DNA of 32,228 nt, from positions 8,371 through 40,598 of the forward strand of contig DAINRX010000002.1 in the NCBI GenBank assembly GCA_036741635.1. The letters are read 5' to 3'. Under the pieces are notes generated by a model, which was given only the letters and a program-made list of their open reading frames with translations, was not told the origin of the DNA and searched no databases. A program made the position numbers and the translations under genes. Source of the DNA: Nitrososphaera sp. GTDB lineage: Archaea; Thermoproteota; Nitrososphaeria; Nitrososphaerales; Nitrososphaeraceae. Below, piece by piece: positions 26,253 through 32,228 of this stretch; within the stretch, counting starts at the first letter, position 1; every line of letters starts with the position of its first letter.

Positions 26253-27033
26253 ACGCAGCTTCGACGTAAGCGACGCCGCTAACATCGTGCTGTTCCTTGC
26301 GGCGTTTGTGGGAGTATGGCAGCTTGTGTTCCTGATTGGAATATGGCCCGCATACTTGATGCCATCTCCTGCAATGATCGTCACCACAATAGGCGACCTG
26401 ATAGAAAATTCTTCACTGCCCACCGGAATAGGTGTATCGCTGGCTAGGCTCGCCGCCGGCTTTGCGATCTCGCTTGGTATCGGCGTGGCAGTAGGACTTG
26501 CAATGGTCAAGTTCCGCGGGTTTGGCAAGACGATGAGCTCGTTTGCCGCCGGGCTTTTGACGTTCCCGAGTATTGCTTGGGTGCCATTTGCCATCATACT
26601 TATTGGGTTCAACGACTTTGGAATACTTTTCGTAGTCGTCATGGCTTCTGTATTTTCGGTAATGATAACGACTTATAGCTCGATCCGCAACATACCTCCT
26701 ATCTACCTTCGAGCAGCGCGTAACATGGGCGCAAATGGTTTCACGTTATTCCGTCATGTCATGATCCCTGCGGCGACCCCGTCACTCGTACTTGGGATCA
26801 GGCAGGCGTGGTCGTTTGCATGGCACGCGCTCATTGGCGCCGAGATGCTGATAACGACCCTGTATGGCCTCGGGCATATACTGAGCATTGGGAGGGAATT
26901 CAACAGAATGGAAGACATCATTGCCACAATGATCACAGTTTTCGTGATAGGCATAATATTCGACCGGATCATCTTCCGCAAGATTGAGGAAAGGGTAAGG
27001 TCCCGCTGGGGCCTGGATCAGCACAGCGAATAA
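26191..27033 (+). CDS. ssuC: Sulfonate/nitrate ABC transporter permease (start may be TTG 26215)
   Basis: MPSP, PSIAWVP, AARNMGA (EAA loop) and W..LIGAEM..GLG. Confidence 0.9.
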   Translation: MRWKRTFNLLEEKHAQKQPSKRSFDVSDAANIVLFLAAFVGVWQLVFLIGIWPAYLMPSPAMIVTTIGDLIENSSLPTGIGVSLARLAAGFAISLGIGVAVGLAMVKFRGFGKTMSSFAAGLLTFPSIAWVPFAIILIGFNDFGILFVVVMASVFSVMITTYSSIRNIPPIYLRAARNMGANGFTLFRHVMIPAATPSLVLGIRQAWSFAWHALIGAEMLITTLYGLGHILSIGREFNRMEDIIATMITVFVIGIIFDRIIFRKIEERVRSRWGLDQHSE

Positions 27034-27074
27034 GCCATTGAGATGGTTTGAAACCCCGAAATCCACAAATTAAA

Positions 27075-27095
27075 ATATGCGCAAAATCTGCATAT
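27075..27095. promoter_or_regulatory. Inverted repeat ATATGC-N9-GCATAT containing CGCAAAATCTGCA
   Basis: Lies between the AT-rich promoter region and ATG 27106. Confidence 0.4.
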
Positions 27096-27105
27096 ATCAT
27101 AATTA

Positions 27106-28092
27106 ATGCTTGACGATCTTGCAAAGAACAGGGTGGACTCGAAAAAGCCACGCAAAGAGGGCATGACCTGCACCATAGACAAACTGCAAGGTATTGACAA
27201 GGAGAACTTCTCAATGATCGCACCGTTCATAGATGTGGTCAAGATCTACGGGGCGCTTCCAATGCTGGTCTCAGAAGAGAGCCTCAAGAGAAAGATCAAG
27301 TTTTATCACGACTTTGGGGTGCGCGTCTCGACTGGCAGCACGATTACCGAGTTTGCCGTTTCAGAGAGCTCGCTAGAGAGGTTCGTCAAGGAAGCCGCCA
27401 AAGTGGGCTTTGACATTATAGAAATAGGCGAGAACAGCATCGACCTTTCGTTCGATCAAAAGAAAAAGGTAAGCGGAACGATCAAGTCGGCCGGCCTCGA
27501 GTTCCAGTGGAAGGTAGGCAAGAAGGACCCGCGCCACCAGCTGGGGGTCGACGACACGCTGGACAAGATCGGGGAGGCCGTGAAACTGGGCTCCAAGAAA
27601 ATAGTGCTCGAGGCAAACGAGGGGATCAACGTCGGCATATACGACGAGAAGGCCCTGGTAAAGTGGAGCTTTGTGGGCGCGATCACAAACGAGTACCCGC
27701 CAAGCACCTTCATCTTTGAGGCGCCGCTGGAATCGCAGCAGTCGGCGCTCATTGCCGAGTTTGGCCAGCGCGTCAACCTCGCCGAGGTTCATCAGGACGC
27801 GGTCGCGTCTATCGAGTCGCAGCGGAGAGGCTTTCTCTCAAAATCAGCATTCGGAGTGTCGTATCTGCACAGGAACCCCGAGGGCGGGCCGGCGGCAAAG
27901 TTCATCTACTTTGTGATAAGGACAAAGCACCCGATAGAGCAGAGCGAGCTTGTCTCGATGAGCCAGCTGCCGAGGAGGACCGTGCAGGCTGCGGTCGACG
28001 ACCTCAAGCGGCAGGGGCTGATAATCGAGAGGAACAGCCTCGACGACGCGAGGAAAAAGGTGTACCAGCCGGTTCAGTCGGACTGGTTGTAG
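27106..28092 (+). CDS. Phosphosulfolactate synthase (ComA)-like TIM barrel fused to a C-terminal winged helix-turn-helix
   Basis: KPRKEGMT..IDK, VGKK, IFEAP..SQQ, FG..VNLA and E..RRG (ComA); tail AAKFIYFV..LPRRTV..A.DDL...GLI....DARKKVY (MarR-like wHTH). Confidence 0.85.
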   Translation: MLDDLAKNRVDSKKPRKEGMTCTIDKLQGIDKENFSMIAPFIDVVKIYGALPMLVSEESLKRKIKFYHDFGVRVSTGSTITEFAVSESSLERFVKEAAKVGFDIIEIGENSIDLSFDQKKKVSGTIKSAGLEFQWKVGKKDPRHQLGVDDTLDKIGEAVKLGSKKIVLEANEGINVGIYDEKALVKWSFVGAITNEYPPSTFIFEAPLESQQSALIAEFGQRVNLAEVHQDAVASIESQRRGFLSKSAFGVSYLHRNPEGGPAAKFIYFVIRTKHPIEQSELVSMSQLPRRTVQAAVDDLKRQGLIIERNSLDDARKKVYQPVQSDWL

Positions 28093-28592
28093 GCCAGCAA
28101 AGCGGCAACAGTCTTGCTATCCTTGATTTCGCCGCTGAGGCATTTCCTGACAGCTGCGTCCAATTTCATTTTCTTTATCCTGATGTTCTCGTCGTCGTCC
28201 AGTGGGCCACGCTCTATCTTTCTCAGGCGGGTCGCAACAAACACGTGCATGAGCTCGGTGGAATATCCAGGCGCGAGGTACCATTTCATCAGCGGCTCGA
28301 GCTTGCCAGAGTAGCCGATCTCCTCAGCCATCTCGCGAACAGCTGCCTGCCTCGGCGTCTCACCTTTTTCGATCTTGCCAGCCGGTATCTCTAGCAACAC
28401 ACTGCCAGATGTGCGCCGGTACTGCGTGACGAGGATGACCTCGCCGCCGCTGACTGCCACGATCCCGACAGAGTCCGGGTGTTCGACTATCTCTTTTTCG
28501 ATCATCCTGCCGTCCAGCGAGAACCTGTCCTTTCTCAACGCGATGCCGCCGGAATAGATCCTCTTGCTCGCAATCGGCCTGACGCCCCTCAT
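28074..28592 (-). CDS. NUDIX hydrolase (ADP-ribose pyrophosphatase-like)
   Basis: Nudix box PAGKIEKGETPRQAAVREMAEEIG, QYR, APG and IKDSKT. Start taken at ATG 28592 to avoid overlap with the divergent gene. Confidence 0.9.
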   Translation of the reverse strand: MRGVRPIASKRIYSGGIALRKDRFSLDGRMIEKEIVEHPDSVGIVAVSGGEVILVTQYRRTSGSVLLEIPAGKIEKGETPRQAAVREMAEEIGYSGKLEPLMKWYLAPGYSTELMHVFVATRLRKIERGPLDDDENIRIKKMKLDAAVRKCLSGEIKDSKTVAALLAYNQSD

Positions 28593-28665
28593 CGCCTTTA
28601 GAGCGTGAGGCGGGGGATTAAACCTATTCGCTAGTTTTATATGCGATCCGCGGCCTTTTCTGGGC

Positions 28666-29082
28666 GTGGAGTTTATCGACGGCGAAGGCAACATCATTGT
28701 GCCCAAGGCCGTCAGACCAATAGTCGATCTCAAGGAAACAGCCTTCGGGAGCAAAAATGGAGCCAGAAAGCAGTACCGCTACGGCAACCTCCACATTCGC
28801 GAGTATGACAATCATTACACCGTCCACATGGACAGGGTTGACCCGCTAAAGAACCCTCTCGCGCACCTGCTTGTCGACGCGCCTGAATACCTTGCCGGCG
28901 CGGCTGCCGCAGTCATTGTCGGGCGTAGAGTCGGATCTGCTGCTTACAGCAGGCGCAAGCAAGAAGGCAAGAGCGGCAGAGACGCTGCAATCGAGGCGGC
29001 ACTTGCCGGGTACATCGCAGGGTCCTCCGCCGGCAGGCTGCTTTACGACGCAACCAACAACCTGAAGAAGAGGAGAAAGTAA
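28666..29082 (+). CDS. Hypothetical protein with small-residue-rich hydrophobic C-terminal helices
   Basis: KQYRYGNLHIREY..HMDRVDP..NPLAHL..DAPE; TTTTATAT TATA at 28636-28643; 2 nt gap to the ABC1 kinase gene. Confidence 0.75.
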   Translation: MEFIDGEGNIIVPKAVRPIVDLKETAFGSKNGARKQYRYGNLHIREYDNHYTVHMDRVDPLKNPLAHLLVDAPEYLAGAAAAVIVGRRVGSAAYSRRKQEGKSGRDAAIEAALAGYIAGSSAGRLLYDATNNLKKRRK

Positions 29083-29084
29083 AG

Positions 29085-30713
29085 ATGGAAAGCCCAGAGC
29101 AGATCAGAAGGGAAGAAGGGGCGAGAATCGCTGCCACAAAAGAGGCGCAGGTCTACCCGCGCCCTTCAAAGCTGCACGTGGCAAAAATCCTGCTGAAGCT
29201 GCTGCCAGTCGTCCTGAATTTCAGGCGTGACAGGCGGGAATGGGTCAAGAGAGAGGGCAGGAACGTCAACGAGGAAAAGTACCGCCGTCACGCCAGAAAG
29301 GCGCTCAAGACGTTCATCGAGCTTGGGCCGTCGTATATCAAGCTCGGCCAGTGGCTCTCAACACGGGTTGACATTTTGCCCCAGCCGTACCTTGAAGTGC
29401 TGTCAAAGCTGCAGGACGACGTTCCGCCTGCGCTATTCTCTAAAATAAAGCCGATAATAGAGGGCGAGCTGGGCAAGATAGAGGACGCATTTGAAGAGTT
29501 TGACCCGGCGCCGTTGTCAGGCGCAAGCCTCGGTCAGGTCTACCTTGCAAAGCACGCCGGCGGCCGCAAGGTCATCGTAAAGGTCAGCCGGCCGGACATC
29601 GAGCGCGTCATCGAAGACGACATTTATGTCTTGAAAAAGATAATGCCGCTTGCAACGCGCTTTATCGACCCTAACCTGAGGTTTTCTGCAGAAGGCATGC
29701 TGGCGCAGTTTATCGAGACAGTGCACGAAGAGATGGACTATAGAATAGAGGCGCAGAACCTGCTCACGATAAAGAGCAACCTTGCCGACGACCCTTCAGT
29801 CATTATACCGGACGTGTTCCTTGAGCGGACGACCAAGCACGTGCTGACGATGGAATACATCCCCGGCATCAAGGTGACGGACACTCCTTCGCTGGACGCA
29901 AAGGGAATCGACAGGGAAAAGCTAGTGGTGCGGGTGCATAGGCTGTTCTTCAAGATGCTCCTGCGCCACAACATATTTCATGCAGACCCGCACCCTGGCA
30001 ACATTTCAGTCGCTGATGACGGCCGGCTCATCCTGTACGACTTTGGGATGGTAGGAAGGCTCGATAGCGAGACGCGCATCAGGCTTATCCGGCTGTACCT
30101 GGGATTGCTTGACAAGGATCCGGAAAGGACGGTGAACGTGCTGATAGAGCTTGGAACGCTCGAGCCGACGGTCAATCGTTACGTTGTCGAGCGCGGCATC
30201 GCGCTGAGCATCCAGTCGATGCACGGAAGGGAGGTGGACAGGATGGAAGTTAAGGCACTTGTAGATTTGGCTAACAAGACCATGAGCCGCTTTCCTTTCA
30301 GGCTGCCAAAGAACCTCGCTCTCTATATGCGCATGGCCTCTATACTGGAAGGCATTTACTACCACCACAAAGTGTCGTTCCAGTTCGTCAAGGTGCTTGC
30401 AAACCTGCTAGAAGAAGAAGGGCTTGTGCGCGACGCGTATATTGAAGAAGTAAAGGTCTCTGCAAAGAGGTTTGCAAAGGGCATACAGGACTCGGTGAAT
30501 GTTGCGCCCCTCTTGAAAATGTACCTGGAGACGCAGGGGCCGTACGGCAACAGCATGCAGGAAAAGAACAACAGTGCGCTTGCCGCAAGCATCCTGGCGT
30601 CGGCGCTCTTCATCGGATCGGCGCTGATGCTGCCATACAACTCTTACCTGTCATATGGCGGCTTTGCTGCAGCCGCTGCAGCGGTTGTGGTGGCGCTGAA
30701 AAAGAAATTCTAA
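29085..30713 (+). CDS. ABC1/UbiB (AarF) atypical kinase
   Basis: LGPSYIKLGQ (KxGQ), ASLGQV, VIVKV, EEMDY..E, HADPHPGN and DFG; C-terminal TM helices. Confidence 0.93.
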   Translation: MESPEQIRREEGARIAATKEAQVYPRPSKLHVAKILLKLLPVVLNFRRDRREWVKREGRNVNEEKYRRHARKALKTFIELGPSYIKLGQWLSTRVDILPQPYLEVLSKLQDDVPPALFSKIKPIIEGELGKIEDAFEEFDPAPLSGASLGQVYLAKHAGGRKVIVKVSRPDIERVIEDDIYVLKKIMPLATRFIDPNLRFSAEGMLAQFIETVHEEMDYRIEAQNLLTIKSNLADDPSVIIPDVFLERTTKHVLTMEYIPGIKVTDTPSLDAKGIDREKLVVRVHRLFFKMLLRHNIFHADPHPGNISVADDGRLILYDFGMVGRLDSETRIRLIRLYLGLLDKDPERTVNVLIELGTLEPTVNRYVVERGIALSIQSMHGREVDRMEVKALVDLANKTMSRFPFRLPKNLALYMRMASILEGIYYHHKVSFQFVKVLANLLEEEGLVRDAYIEEVKVSAKRFAKGIQDSVNVAPLLKMYLETQGPYGNSMQEKNNSALAASILASALFIGSALMLPYNSYLSYGGFAAAAAAVVVALKKKF

Positions 30714-31096
30714 GTTATCGGGATGTTGGTCACCTTGGGGATGGGTATCCTTAGCGTGACGACTCCATTCTCGTAGGTCGCCTTGCCTACTACCTTTTCC
30801 TCTTCCTTCACCGATATTGGAAGAATTATCCTCTTGTCTATCTTGGCCGGCCTGTGTCTATAGTAGACGGTGCCAAGCGCCTCCGCCTGCTCTCTCTTGG
30901 CGCTTATCGACAGGACGTTGCCAGTTATCCTGAGGTTTATGTCCTTCTTGGCAAAGCCCGGCAGGTCGATTGTGACCACTAGGTCGCTGCCCTCCTCTGC
31001 AATGTCGATGGCTGGCATCACGAATTCATAGAACTCTCTTGACTTGCTGTCAAGCTCTCTCGCTAGCTCTCTAGCCATGTATCTTCCAATACCCAT
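30710..31096 (-). CDS. Small heat-shock protein (Hsp20/alpha-crystallin)
   Basis: DLPGF.K.DI and ATYENGVVTL motifs, C-terminal IPI; TTTATACC TATA at 31116-31123. Confidence 0.93.
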   Translation of the reverse strand: MGIGRYMARELARELDSKSREFYEFVMPAIDIAEEGSDLVVTIDLPGFAKKDINLRITGNVLSISAKREQAEALGTVYYRHRPAKIDKRIILPISVKEEEKVVGKATYENGVVTLRIPIPKVTNIPIT

Positions 31097-31219
31097 GGCC
31101 TAAATTCGCCGAGATGGTATAAATCCTTTATTTTCTTCTTTTGAAAAGCAACAAAAGTAAAAATAGGCGGCAACGGATATGCAACCAGCATAATACATAT
31201 GTATGCCGGTTCGTACGAC

Positions 31220-31381
31220 ATGCCAAACTGCAACGCCTGCGGCAGGGAAGTGAGGCCGGGCGAGCTCTCCGAAAGCTTCTCGTGCCCCAAGTGCCGCAAC
31301 GCAAGGATATGGCGCTGCGAGGGCTGCAAGGGCAAACAGAAAAAATACCGGTGCCCTGCGTGCAGATACGAGGGCAAGTAA
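31220..31381 (+). CDS. Small double Zn-ribbon protein (DUF1610-like)
   Basis: MPNCNACG..FSCPKC..IWRCEGC..YRCPACRYEG. Confidence 0.8.
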   Translation: MPNCNACGREVRPGELSESFSCPKCRNARIWRCEGCKGKQKKYRCPACRYEGK

Positions 31382-31397
31382 TAAGTAGTAGTAGCAG

Positions 31398-32075
31398 CTA
31401 GGTTAGGACTTTGAAAAAGTTTCTCACGAGGTCTTTGTTTTCCTGCTGCATCGTGGCAAATGCTTCAACAAGCTCATTTTCTACCGTTATCTGCTTTGCA
31501 ATGACTGACCTCAGCTTCTTGGCGTCCAGCGGAGCAATGCTGTCGATTGCGCCCATGCTGTAGGCATAGATGTATTCGTTGATTATTTTCGAAATGAATG
31601 ACGGCGCAGCCTGCATCAAAAAGAGCATTCCTTCCCTCATCGTCTTGGCTCTCTGGTCTCCTGCCGGCAATGAAGAAATGTACGACTGCAACAGCTTCAT
31701 GCGCTTGTCGCCCAGCTCCTCTATCGAGGACGCGACGAGTATGCCAGCGTCCGTCAGCTCGTAGAATGGCACGCCTTCTAGCTGGAGAGCCTTTGGACCT
31801 CTCCTCAGCGGCAGCCTCCCGCCCTCTTTTACCACGCCGGCTGGGATGAGTACCTCGTCCAGATCCCGGAAAATGCCAGAGTAGATGTTCTGCCACAGGA
31901 TGCCGTGCTGCTTGGCTATTGCGTGGGCTATCGAGGTTCTGGTGCGGAGCTCCGGGCTCTGCTCAGTGGCTAAATGAGTAATGATGCCCCTCTGCCTCTT
32001 TGCCTCGCCCGTGAACTTGTTCTTGCGGGTCTTGAAAGTGTCAAATATTGCGATGGTTGATTTCTCGTCTTTCAC
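31398..32075 (-). CDS. Conserved hypothetical protein, possible winged-helix DNA-binding
   Basis: Long clean ORF; TRTSIAHAIA..WQNIYSGIFRDL..GVPFYELTDAG resembles a wHTH wing. Confidence 0.75.
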   Translation of the reverse strand: MKDEKSTIAIFDTFKTRKNKFTGEAKRQRGIITHLATEQSPELRTRTSIAHAIAKQHGILWQNIYSGIFRDLDEVLIPAGVVKEGGRLPLRRGPKALQLEGVPFYELTDAGILVASSIEELGDKRMKLLQSYISSLPAGDQRAKTMREGMLFLMQAAPSFISKIINEYIYAYSMGAIDSIAPLDAKKLRSVIAKQITVENELVEAFATMQQENKDLVRNFFKVLT

Positions 32076-32228
32076 TGTGCTATGCGGGCACCTCCTGCTG
32101 CCATCCCACGACCATTTCTACACAATGTTTGTTAATATTTTAATTTGTTGGTTTTTTAGATTAAAATTCTCGGCACGTGCAGCATGTAAAATGTTATAAA
32201 CCCCAGCCTATGCCAAATAATGCTCAAC

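Noticed and set aside
27106..28092. Evidence for coenzyme M biosynthesis or methanogenesis
   Set aside because: No other com genes in the window; ComA motifs are altered and an HTH is fused.
28593..28754. 54-aa N-terminal extension of the Nudix ORF
   Set aside because: Overlaps the divergent gene and its TATA box; ATG 28592 gives a normal-length Nudix protein.
1..32228. CRISPR array, transposase, prophage or known defence genes; the many nested antisense ORFs in the track
   Set aside because: No regularly spaced repeats or hallmark proteins seen; nested ORFs lie within well-supported genes and lack motifs.

Overview
Core-chromosome segment of a soil or thermal-type ammonia-oxidising archaeon (Nitrososphaera-like Thaumarchaeota). 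This assignment rests on archaeal TyrRS, RPA and Lhr, TATA-led leaderless genes, PEF(G)-CTERM surface proteins and an ADP-forming 4-hydroxybutyrate-CoA-ligase-like gene. The window holds about 30 CDS (several small ones missing from the ORF track), tRNA-Val(TAC) and three frameshifted pseudogenes. I found no mobile element or CRISPR array. Best leads: (1) a sulfonate-type ABC transporter followed by a divergent ComA-like domain fused to a winged helix, with a shared TGCA-N5-TGCA-like motif upstream of the genes, which may be an enzyme-derived sulfonate sensor and regulon; (2) a possible low-molecular-weight thiol module made of a GCS2 ligase, a Cys-rich peptide and a mycothione-reductase-like disulfide reductase; (3) a structured RNA-like element with a UNCG loop and terminator upstream of tyrS; (4) a decayed three-domain secreted protein gene. 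All family calls come from motif recognition by eye, not database searches.
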